This document shows positions 1 through 8,673 of a stretch of 64,000 nt of DNA, one piece after another (the stretch's first letter is position 1; each line of letters opens with the position of its first letter). The translations under genes were made by a program, and so were the position numbers. Where the stretch lies: the NCBI GenBank assembly GCA_038882975.1, contig JAVZNE010000001.1, positions 288,001 to 352,000 on the forward strand, written 5' to 3'. The DNA comes from Candidatus Bathyarchaeia archaeon (GTDB lineage Archaea > Thermoproteota > Bathyarchaeia > Bathyarchaeales > Bathycorpusculaceae). The notes below the pieces were generated by a model. That model was not told where the DNA came from and did not search any database. It saw only the letters and a program-made list of their open reading frames with translations.

Positions 1-168
1 ATTCATAAGCCAAATAAACCCAGAAATCCCATACACGCTTCTGGCGTTTTACCCATGCTACGTCATGAACGACTTGCCAACCACAAGCAGAAAACAAGCA
101 ACAGAATGCCAAAAAGCAGCCCAAAAACACCTAAAAAATACAAGAATAGGAAACATACACCTACTATC

Positions 169-1266
169 TTAGATAAACTCCGACAATTTTTTCTGACTTT
201 CAGGTATAGTCTCACCTCGTATTGGCTTTGGTCTTCCGATCCTTCTCTTTTCTTTTTTCAATAGAGATATACATCTCCTTGCAAGCTTTCGACAAATCAC
301 TTCTTGTATTGGTCTTCTTGTCCGTAAAGTAGGGATAGGAATCTTCCACCAATCAGGTTTATCATATGATTTCCAGCATAATCTTAATTCGTATAACTTT
401 TCTAAGGCATCTTTTATCCACTTTCTTTTAAGTTGAATTGTTTCCGCATCAAATTTGTGCCAAGATGGGAAAAACGCTTTTGCCCGCTCATATATCATGT
501 CTACATGAATATCATAAAGTTTCTTTTCGGGATCACTTTGAAATGTAGGGAAAATGTTTTGTATTAAAATGTGGATGGTATATTGCACAGGCGGTGTTTC
601 CTTTATAAACGTAAATAGGAAGCGGAGGTAAGTTAGAACTTCTTCTGGAAAAATTAAACCTAATGGTTGGCTTATCAGATTTTGAAGTTTTTCGTTGCGT
701 GTCTTTCCATAAACACCAAACAATCGCATTTTTTCCTCACGTTCTCCCATTTTGGACGGAGTAATCGTCCACGTCCAAATAGCAAATCCATCTTTGGTTA
801 AGAAATCATAATCTGGATCTCTAGATACTTTCTGAACAGCTTTAATTACACGCTGGGCATCATCGGGATGGCATATCAAAATCAAATCATGAAAATCTAC
901 ACTATGAGAAGGAGAGAGCCAGTTTGAACAAGGGACAGTATACTTTTTTAACTCTTTGATTTCTTTCTCCAATAGGGATTCTTGTTGGGGCAAGGACCAT
1001 TTTAACTCAAAAAGCAACCCCTTTCGATCATTATCAAAAGTGGCAACCAAGTCGGGCGTTATGCTTTCTCCTTGATTATTTCTTAACTTATGTTCTATCC
1101 CAATAAATTTTGCAATATCGGGGTTATGGATAAGAAAGTGATAGATTGCACACGAGATAGCAACGGTATCTGAATATCTTCTGTAATCTCTTACGCAATT
1201 CTGCTCGATTTGTCGATGATCGAGCAATGATCTACCCCAAAATACTCGTGATTTCCCCGTCTCCAA
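169..1266 (-). CDS. PD-(D/E)xK nuclease-like protein with C-terminal PIP box (alternative TTG start at 1227)
   Basis: Motif ITPDLV...LLFELKWS; wHTH-like segment WIKDALEKLYELRLCWK; ends QKKLSEFI; AT-rich coding sequence. Confidence 0.6.
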   Translation of the reverse strand: METGKSRVFWGRSLLDHRQIEQNCVRDYRRYSDTVAISCAIYHFLIHNPDIAKFIGIEHKLRNNQGESITPDLVATFDNDRKGLLFELKWSLPQQESLLEKEIKELKKYTVPCSNWLSPSHSVDFHDLILICHPDDAQRVIKAVQKVSRDPDYDFLTKDGFAIWTWTITPSKMGEREEKMRLFGVYGKTRNEKLQNLISQPLGLIFPEEVLTYLRFLFTFIKETPPVQYTIHILIQNIFPTFQSDPEKKLYDIHVDMIYERAKAFFPSWHKFDAETIQLKRKWIKDALEKLYELRLCWKSYDKPDWWKIPIPTLRTRRPIQEVICRKLARRCISLLKKEKRRIGRPKPIRGETIPESQKKLSEFI

Positions 1267-2326
1267 GGATTTCTTGAATTCTATTTGTTAGCTTCCACGT
1301 GGCTTGAGAAGTCCCTTTTGTGATGGGTGTTATCGTGACAGATTTTCCGAGGGCTGTTACTCCGAAAGATGAGCCTTCTTGGTAATCGCATAATATCGCA
1401 ACAAAGTATGGATTTCCGCCGTGTATAATCGAACATGAATATATTTTACTGATTTTTTTTGCCAGTCTTTGAAGTTGTACTTCATCCAATTCAAACGGAT
1501 ATTCTATACGAAGCGGTCTGATTAGTATTTTTCCTTCTTGTATTATTCGCTCTCGATGCCCATAGAAATTTTTCCATTTTAAGCCAAGTTCAAGTGCGTT
1601 TTGAATAACATTTTTGTAGAAAGCGGAAAAGCTTCCAAACCTTAACTTACAGACCCCTCTCCGAGAAATTTGGGCTTGAAGAAGAACGATACCTTCTTTA
1701 TTTTTAACTTCAAAGTTAACCATGTCAACAATTACTCGATAAATCTCTGACTGTTTTCTCAGCTCTTCCTCAGCATTTTCTTCCCATAATTGAACGGTTC
1801 CTTTTAGTTCCCTTTTGTGCTGCTCACGATAACTTTCTGGATATTTGGGGGCTCTTTTTATAATAAAAAATGTTAACGTTGTCTGCCCTTTATAAGCTTC
1901 TTTTATTCGGTTTAGTAAGGTCTGCAGCTTAAAGTAATTAAGATATAATCGCGAAATATTTGGGTATAACCCGGTGAATAATCTTTCTAAAGCGCGTTTA
2001 ACGAAATACGATTGCTCATTGCAAAAAATTACCCACATGTTTTTAAAACTTGTATCAATAAGGGCACATCCTGAGACGATCTCTCTCCAAACAAGTCTTT
2101 TAATGTTTAATCTGTATAAGTTATCGTCAAGTCTGGTTAAATTGACATTATAAAGCTTTGCTAACTTTTTCCTCCTTTGCACGCAATCTTTTAACTCTTC
2201 CGGTTCGATCTCCGAGAACAAAAGTATCGCTTTAAGCGAAGGACGCTTTTGCCTTGTGGCGTATAGTTTCTCAAAGAAAATATTCATGTCAAAACGGCTC
2301 GAGATTTGACTTGTCAACCTCTCCAA
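1232..2326 (-). CDS. hypothetical protein, coupled to the downstream nuclease
   Basis: 364-aa ORF; TATA-like TTATATAA at about 2348-2355; stop abuts the next gene; no recognisable catalytic motif. Confidence 0.75.
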   Translation of the reverse strand: MERLTSQISSRFDMNIFFEKLYATRQKRPSLKAILLFSEIEPEELKDCVQRRKKLAKLYNVNLTRLDDNLYRLNIKRLVWREIVSGCALIDTSFKNMWVIFCNEQSYFVKRALERLFTGLYPNISRLYLNYFKLQTLLNRIKEAYKGQTTLTFFIIKRAPKYPESYREQHKRELKGTVQLWEENAEEELRKQSEIYRVIVDMVNFEVKNKEGIVLLQAQISRRGVCKLRFGSFSAFYKNVIQNALELGLKWKNFYGHRERIIQEGKILIRPLRIEYPFELDEVQLQRLAKKISKIYSCSIIHGGNPYFVAILCDYQEGSSFGVTALGKSVTITPITKGTSQATWKLTNRIQEILGDGEITSILG

Positions 2327-2443
2327 TGTATTTCCCCAGACAGCCCGTTATATAAGTGCATAATTAATCTTAATAAATTCAATGCTACAATTACACAAAA
2401 ACTTTGCGCCTGCCACATTTGTATGACGTTTGTTCAAACGAAT

Positions 2444-2632
2444 TTATAGATGATCCCGCTTTATTTTCAGATCTTTTTCCCATTCTTCTGCGTTTTCAAA
2501 CCATAGTTCGAAGGCTTCTTGGAAGTTCTTTAATGCTTCGTCGATGGTTTTGCCTTGGCTGGCAACTCCTGTAACTGGGTCGATGGCAACATACCATTCG
2601 TCCTCTTTATGTATAGCAACACTAACCCTCAT
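2444..2632 (-). CDS. HicB-family antitoxin-like protein (UPF0150), no adjacent hicA
   Basis: EDEWYVA...GVASQGKTIDEALKNFQEAFEL signature. Confidence 0.8.
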   Translation of the reverse strand: MRVSVAIHKEDEWYVAIDPVTGVASQGKTIDEALKNFQEAFELWFENAEEWEKDLKIKRDHL

Positions 2633-2685
2633 AATAGACGACCAAATACATTATATGTTGTGAATCGTATTAACATTTCACAAAC

Positions 2686-3366
2686 TTAAGATAAAGGATA
2701 ATCGATGTGGTATATTTTGCCTTTTCCATTGTCATAGAGCTTAGTGAAATAGGCTGGATGCAGTTCCTCGTCAAATATTAGCCTTAACAGCGTCGTTTGG
2801 CAGCCGAGAGGTGTTGGTTGATACTGGTTGTCTGTGTAAATTAGATAGTCTGTGGCGTTGTAGCCTGCGATGTGGGCTATCCAATAGTACTTTTGCAGCT
2901 CGTCTGGAACGAAGACTAAGACGTATGCAACATTGTATTGTCTCATTAGTTGCAGGGACTGCTGTTCTGGGAGCATAAACATGGTGGCTATATCACAGAT
3001 CTTCTCGTGGGAGCCCCATTTCCCGAAAATTTGGGCTTCAAAGCTGTGCAGCGGGTCTCTGCTAACGCCAAGAGTGTACCATATTTCCCTTGAGGGGTAA
3101 GCCTCTATAACCTCCCTGTGGCTCCATTCGCGCACTGCCCTGCCGTAATCCCACCAGCAAAGCACCACAGAGCCTTGAGGCGTAAGCTCCTCAAGTTTGG
3201 CAAAGGCATCCGGCATCCCCTCCTGCTTAGAAAAGTATTCGAGAACTTCGTCCTCTCTCCTGCCATAGTCTATTCTAAAAGCTATAAAAACCAGAGAAAC
3301 GGCAATCACAACGACTAGTAGGGCGATGAACCATTTGCTCCTCCAAAACTTTGCAACCATAGGCAT
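2686..3366 (-). CDS. membrane-anchored stand-alone AglB/STT3 C-terminal domain protein
   Basis: Single N-terminal hydrophobic helix, VVLCWWDYG motif, DK-like motif DELQKYYWI; only 226 aa. Confidence 0.7.
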   Translation of the reverse strand: MPMVAKFWRSKWFIALLVVVIAVSLVFIAFRIDYGRREDEVLEYFSKQEGMPDAFAKLEELTPQGSVVLCWWDYGRAVREWSHREVIEAYPSREIWYTLGVSRDPLHSFEAQIFGKWGSHEKICDIATMFMLPEQQSLQLMRQYNVAYVLVFVPDELQKYYWIAHIAGYNATDYLIYTDNQYQPTPLGCQTTLLRLIFDEELHPAYFTKLYDNGKGKIYHIDYPLS

Positions 3367-3403
3367 CTCTCTAAAATGGTGGGAGATAAAATCTATTAAG
3401 GTT

Positions 3404-5185
3404 TTATGCCGCCCAGAAGGGCACTTTCTTCCGCATTAGGCTGACATACTCATTTAGGGCTTCCTGCTCGTCCGGAGTTAGCTTGTCCATAAAGTTTTTC
3501 AGCAGTGCTTTGGCGTGTTGTTCTGGCACCTTCACATAGAGAACATCCTTCTCGAATATGTGTCTTCCAACCATGGGCTTGTCTAGGCTTATGGCTACCT
3601 GCATACCCTGCCTAGCCTCTGGTAGGGCTTTGCCCTTCTCTTGGATTTGTTGTATTTCGCCCACCTCTTCGCCGTCTTCAGCCCTTATTAGGCTTGTTTT
3701 GGGCTTTATTCTTCCAGCCAAGACTTCAACGCCCACTATGGCTGGTTTGGCTCTTCTGAAAACGTAGCCCTCTAAAATCCGGATTTTGCCTGGCTTGACC
3801 AGTTTTTCGAATTCGGCTTCAATTTTGGCTTCTCTTTGGGTTTTAAGCCAAGAAAGATAGTTGTCTATCAAGTGGTAGATTATTTTTTCCTTAAAGATTT
3901 GGACGCCAATGTTTTTGGCTTCTTCATTGGCGTCTGGCAAAATTTTAACGTTGAAAGCTAAAATGGCTCCGTAGAAGGGCTCATGCTCCTTCACAATAGC
4001 AGCCTCTGTAACGTCCCGTTTTGAAACGTCGCCAACATCCGCCAAGCGAATGGGCACACCGTTCCGCCTAAGGTTTTCCGCTATAGCCTCTAAAGAGCCC
4101 AAAGTGTCAGCCTTCAAAACAACGCCATCCACATCCGTCGTAATCCTAATCCTCTCAATTTCTTCAGAGACAAGCCTAACATACCTTTCAGGGTTTTCGC
4201 CATCCCCAACAGCATATAAGGGCGCGCCAGCCAAGGCGCCCTCCAAGTCTGGGGCAACAATTTTAACGCCAGCCGCAGCGGAAACGGAATCCACAGAGGA
4301 AAATTTGTCCCGTGGGTCTCTAATCTCGTCTAGAGGCTTTGGTACTAGGATGGCTCTAACCCGTGTTGTTATGGGCTTCTCCTTACCGCCAACAACTATC
4401 AGGTCGTCTTTCCGCAGTGTTCCGTCATAAATTATTGTGTTGAGCGTTAAGCCAAGACCAGGCTCCTCTTTAACTTCGAGAACCGTGCCTTTAGCTGGTC
4501 CAACTGTGGTTTGTAAACGCTTCTTTAGGTACTGCTGAGTTAAGCCTACAAGAACTGCTAAAAGCTCTGTTATGCCCTCGCCTGTTTTGGCGCTTGTAGG
4601 CACAATAGCCACTGTCCGCGTGAAGTCCTTTATGCGGTCGAAGCGGTCAGCCCTAAAACCCAAACGCGAAAAAGTGCCAATAATCTCGTAAAGGCGGTTG
4701 TCCAAATCCTCCTGCACATACTTGTCCTGAAGCTGGTAAGCCTTCAAAAAGGGCGTATCCGGATAAGAGTTCCAGCCAGGTATGCGGTCAATTTTGTTGG
4801 CAGCCACGAGGAAAGGCGTCTTCCGAGCCTTCAAAATCTCAATACACTCATAAGTTTGAGCCTCAAAACCCCGAAGAACATCAATGACAAGGATGGCGAT
4901 ATCAGCTACGCTGCCGCCCCGCTTACGGAGATTAGTGAAAGCCTCATGCCCCGGAGTATCAATAACCAGCAAGCCCGGAATCTCAATCTCACCCTTAATG
5001 GTTGAAAGCAATGGACCAATCATCTGCTTCAAGGTTTCAACTGGAAAGAAGCTGGCGCCAATATGTTGTGTTATGCCCCCAACCTCGCGGGCTTGAACAC
5101 TTGTCTTGCGAATCTTATCCAAAAGAAGAGTCTTACCAGTATCCACATGTCCAAGAACACAGACAATAGGCTGGCGAAGCGACAT
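3404..5185 (-). CDS. infB: translation initiation factor aIF5B/IF-2
   Basis: GHVDTGKT, GGITQHIGA, DTPGHEAF, NKID GTPase motifs. Confidence 0.97.
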   Translation of the reverse strand: MSLRQPIVCVLGHVDTGKTLLLDKIRKTSVQAREVGGITQHIGASFFPVETLKQMIGPLLSTIKGEIEIPGLLVIDTPGHEAFTNLRKRGGSVADIAILVIDVLRGFEAQTYECIEILKARKTPFLVAANKIDRIPGWNSYPDTPFLKAYQLQDKYVQEDLDNRLYEIIGTFSRLGFRADRFDRIKDFTRTVAIVPTSAKTGEGITELLAVLVGLTQQYLKKRLQTTVGPAKGTVLEVKEEPGLGLTLNTIIYDGTLRKDDLIVVGGKEKPITTRVRAILVPKPLDEIRDPRDKFSSVDSVSAAAGVKIVAPDLEGALAGAPLYAVGDGENPERYVRLVSEEIERIRITTDVDGVVLKADTLGSLEAIAENLRRNGVPIRLADVGDVSKRDVTEAAIVKEHEPFYGAILAFNVKILPDANEEAKNIGVQIFKEKIIYHLIDNYLSWLKTQREAKIEAEFEKLVKPGKIRILEGYVFRRAKPAIVGVEVLAGRIKPKTSLIRAEDGEEVGEIQQIQEKGKALPEARQGMQVAISLDKPMVGRHIFEKDVLYVKVPEQHAKALLKNFMDKLTPDEQEALNEYVSLMRKKVPFWAA

Positions 5186-5272
5186 GATTCTTCCCTAGGC
5201 AGATAACAGATTGCAACCATCCACCAAACTAATAAGCTATCCCTTTAAATAAATGCTGTTTTAATGGCTGGA

Positions 5273-5470
5273 CTATTCAGCCTTAGCAATTATGAGAAAA
5301 ACGCCCAGCGCAAGCAAGACCATGGCTAAAAAGCCGAAAAACCATGTGTAAACGCCCAAGGCATTGCTGCTTGTTAGGGTGAAGTGCGTAGCCAAGGCGC
5401 CCACAATAACTAGGATAATTCCAAAGAATTTTTCCGCCGCTGTTATTCCGAAGCCGCCTTCCTCGCTCAA
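5273..5470 (-). CDS. small two-helix membrane protein
   Basis: 65 aa, two hydrophobic segments, GAGG upstream of the TTG. Confidence 0.65.
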   Translation of the reverse strand: MSEEGGFGITAAEKFFGIILVIVGALATHFTLTSSNALGVYTWFFGFLAMVLLALGVFLIIAKAE

Positions 5471-5552
5471 CTTTTCAGCCTCTATGTGTTTGTAATGTGC
5501 CTTTTACCATAAAGCATTAAAAGGGTTATTTTAAATTTCCCTTTTTAGAGGG

Positions 5553-6644
5553 CTATTTTGTCTCTTCGAGTTTTGCTGGCAAGTATTCGTCCACAATGTA
5601 TGTTAGTCCATAGCGGCTAAAGGCTTCTTGCTCAGCCTTGCGTTTGATCTTCATGAAGGTTTTTATTTCCCTCTGCCATAATGGGTCCTCCTTGTACCTT
5701 GGGTCTTTCTGAAGTTCATACAGCCTCTTCATGTCAATCTCATCCAGCGGGTCCGTTGGCAACTTATATTTGACAATGTCTGTTGCCCATACACCACTCC
5801 ATTTCGCGTCTGGCGTTGTCAAGTCTCTCAGGTGGGCTGCATTGGCGGAACCGGAAATTATGACCATGGCTATGTGCATTCCCCATGGGTCGCCGTCCGT
5901 GAAGATGTAGACTGGCAAGCCCAGCTCACGGTTTAGTCGCCTAATAAAATGGCGGGTTGCTCTTGGCGCTTGCCCAGCCGTAAGCACCAGCAAAGCGTTA
6001 AACTTTTTGTGCACGTTCTCTTCAATAAAGCGGGTGAATAAGCCGCCTTTCTCGATGGCTATGACTTTGTCGGCTGTGGTTTCAACGAACTCCGCTGAGG
6101 TTAGGGCTGGTCCAATCATGACACCGTCCGGGTGTGATGTCAAGTTTAGGGTTTTTCCCTCGTAGCCCGGAACAGTATAACGTATTGTTAGGTCGCCGAA
6201 AACCGCTGAGCGCTCTTCTGGAAAGATGTTGAAGTCCTCTCGTGAAAAGCCCAGCACCGTTTCCAAGTCTGTTATTATGTTGTTGGATTCTTGTTGGTCT
6301 TTGAAGGTCATTTCGTAGGCTTGCGCTGAATAGTAAACGTCTCTTAGGGTGGATGTTTTCCGTTGGCTTGTAAGTTCATAGGAGAAGAGCGCCGTCCAAA
6401 CCAGTTGGGCAAAGGGTTTTAGGTGGCGGATGTTTCTGGTGCTACGCCTAACACGTTTATCGCCTAAAATGAACTGCCTAAACTTTGGGTCGTAATATAT
6501 GTTTTCTGTGGAGCGGCTCGGCATCTCAATAGACGGGAAATATCCCCTATCAATCTGCTCATAAATTTTTAATCCAAAATTTTCAAGGGTTGCTAAAACC
6601 TCTTTCCGCCTTTCCACTATGCTTCTAAATTCCCTCGACTCCAA
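5553..6644 (-). CDS. top6A: DNA topoisomerase VI subunit A
   Basis: STLRDVYY catalytic Tyr, IEK and DGDPWG Toprim motifs. Confidence 0.96.
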   Translation of the reverse strand: MESREFRSIVERRKEVLATLENFGLKIYEQIDRGYFPSIEMPSRSTENIYYDPKFRQFILGDKRVRRSTRNIRHLKPFAQLVWTALFSYELTSQRKTSTLRDVYYSAQAYEMTFKDQQESNNIITDLETVLGFSREDFNIFPEERSAVFGDLTIRYTVPGYEGKTLNLTSHPDGVMIGPALTSAEFVETTADKVIAIEKGGLFTRFIEENVHKKFNALLVLTAGQAPRATRHFIRRLNRELGLPVYIFTDGDPWGMHIAMVIISGSANAAHLRDLTTPDAKWSGVWATDIVKYKLPTDPLDEIDMKRLYELQKDPRYKEDPLWQREIKTFMKIKRKAEQEAFSRYGLTYIVDEYLPAKLEETK

Positions 6645-8163
6645 ACTTTTTCACACTCCTTAAGAGCTTATCGATGTCTGGAGGCTTTTCCTTGCCGGCA
6701 AGTTTGGTGGAGAACTCGGCAATTTTGGGCAGGTATTTGCTGAAGACTCCAAGGCGTTTGCGTTCTCTGTCCACGTGCTCTCTCCGCGTTAAAAAGCGTT
6801 GGAGTTGGCGTGCCACTTCCCTTAAGCCGTTGGCTATCTCCCGCCGGACTTCTGGTCTGTCGGCTATAAACTCTTTTCCAACAGTCTTGTAGGGGACTTT
6901 TGTGCTGCATATGTGGACAACTATGGCTATGGGCATGTCCGGCGAAACCTTGTAGCGCCGCCAGTTCATTTCATTTATGACCTTGACTGAAACGTCGCTT
7001 GCCTCGTCATAAAGAAGTGGAATGCGGTTGGCGAAGCGGTATATTAGGAAGCCGCCTTTCTGGGGAATTTCACCACCATAAGCTATTGCAACTTCAACAA
7101 TGAAGGGATGCCCAGCATAAGTAGCGGGCTTCCGCTGGTGAACCGCCACAAACTCTGGTTTAAGCTCTTTTAAAACGCCGGTTTTCAGCAGTTCCTCGCC
7201 GAGCGGTGAGAGACAACTGGCGTCTGGTGGGAGAAACTCCTTAAACTTTTTCAGCATGTGCATAAGCCGGACAATTTCCTCGTGGGATAGCTTCTTCGGG
7301 TTTTTGGAGGGGCTTATGCCACTGAACTCAAGGAATTTTCTGGCTGTTATTTCGCCCACGCGATGGAAGTGGTTTTTGAGAAACTCTAGCATGTTTTTGT
7401 AAGGCGTGACTTGTATGAGGCGTTGGAGAAGCTCCACATCAACGCCATATGGGTGGGGCAAAGTCTCTTTAGGCGGGTCTGGCATTACCGTGGTTGCTCT
7501 TGTAAACTTGTAAAGTCTTCCTTTAGGGTCTACAAAGGTGAGGTTGGCGTAGGGGTTCACCATGGCTGTCTGCTTGAAATATTCTAGGATTTTTGGCATA
7601 GCCCTCAAATAGTCGCCTTCAAGGCAGAATTCGACAATAGTGCCTCGCCAGCCCTCCTTGTTCAAAAAAACTTTTCTGTCGAGGATTATTGGGCGGTTCC
7701 TTTGGATGTCAATCATAAGCTTGTACATGTAAATCCGTGACATGCCAGTGCTGGAAATCACCATTGCTGGCTGGTGGGTTGTAATCTGCCCATATAAGAT
7801 GGCCATCTTTCCGCCTAAACCGAAGGTTCCCCTCTGCTGTTTCAGCTTATACTTTGAGCCGAAAAGCACTTGTCCGAAGGCTGATGGAATGTGCCTAGGC
7901 GGAACGCCGCAGCCGTTGTCCTCAACCCTTAGCTTATAAATCTGTGTTTCCTTGCTGGCTTCGCCCTCAAAGGAGAGTCTAACATAGATTTCTGGTGGGA
8001 TTTTGAGGCTTTCGGCGGCGTCTAAAGAGTTTTCCACGAGTTCGCGGATGGCTGCGAAAATGGCTCTTGTGGGGTTTGTGAATCCTGCTATGTCGCGGTT
8101 TCTGTAGAAGAAGTCTGATGCGCTTATTTCTTCGAAGGTTACCTGTGCCACGCTAGCCTCCAC
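6625..8163 (-). CDS. top6B: DNA topoisomerase VI subunit B
   Basis: GHKL motifs ELVENSLDA, VEDNGCG, RGTFGLG; overlaps top6A. Confidence 0.96.
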   Translation of the reverse strand: MEASVAQVTFEEISASDFFYRNRDIAGFTNPTRAIFAAIRELVENSLDAAESLKIPPEIYVRLSFEGEASKETQIYKLRVEDNGCGVPPRHIPSAFGQVLFGSKYKLKQQRGTFGLGGKMAILYGQITTHQPAMVISSTGMSRIYMYKLMIDIQRNRPIILDRKVFLNKEGWRGTIVEFCLEGDYLRAMPKILEYFKQTAMVNPYANLTFVDPKGRLYKFTRATTVMPDPPKETLPHPYGVDVELLQRLIQVTPYKNMLEFLKNHFHRVGEITARKFLEFSGISPSKNPKKLSHEEIVRLMHMLKKFKEFLPPDASCLSPLGEELLKTGVLKELKPEFVAVHQRKPATYAGHPFIVEVAIAYGGEIPQKGGFLIYRFANRIPLLYDEASDVSVKVINEMNWRRYKVSPDMPIAIVVHICSTKVPYKTVGKEFIADRPEVRREIANGLREVARQLQRFLTRREHVDRERKRLGVFSKYLPKIAEFSTKLAGKEKPPDIDKLLRSVKKFGVEGI

Positions 8164-8248
8164 CAGTCACCTCATACAGCAGAGCCACTTTAACGTATGT
8201 ATACGCGGCATGCACATTAATTTAACTATGCCGTTTCATGCGAACAGT

Positions 8249-8671
8249 TCATTTCTCAAAAGGCTCTGGGAGAAGCTCCTTAAGCCGCTTTATCTTGAGT
8301 GTTTCAAACAGCACTCTGGCGTTTTCAACTTTTGCCATGACGATTTTAATTTCGGAGCTTTCAGCAAAGTCTGAAATATATTGGAGGCACGCCCCGCAAG
8401 GTTTTATTTCACCCTTGTTTTTGGCATCTGTCACAACGGCTATTTCCCTAATTCGCTTGTTCCCGTGTAAAATGGCATGGTTTATGGCGTTTCTTTCAGC
8501 GCAAGCGCCAAGCCCTGAAACCCAGCTTTCTACATTGCAGCCGCCATAAATCTTTCCGTCTTCAGCCAGAACTGCCGCGCCAACGCCGAAACCCCAAAGC
8601 ACGTGGGCGTTCGCTAAAGCCTTTGAGGCTTCCTTTAAAAGGGCTTGCTCCGTCTCACCAATTTTAACCAT
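8249..8671 (-). CDS. cdd: cytidine deaminase family protein
   Basis: CAERNAI and PCGAC zinc motifs, GCNVE. Confidence 0.8.
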   Translation of the reverse strand: MVKIGETEQALLKEASKALANAHVLWGFGVGAAVLAEDGKIYGGCNVESWVSGLGACAERNAINHAILHGNKRIREIAVVTDAKNKGEIKPCGACLQYISDFAESSEIKIVMAKVENARVLFETLKIKRLKELLPEPFEK

Positions 8672-8673
8672 GT

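Noticed and set aside
1-168. Hydrophobic-looking minus-strand reading after the nuclease gene, and track ORF 55..264
   Set aside because: A TM-like peptide needs a frameshift in a T run and the region is cut by the window edge; the plus ORF is antisense to the nuclease gene.
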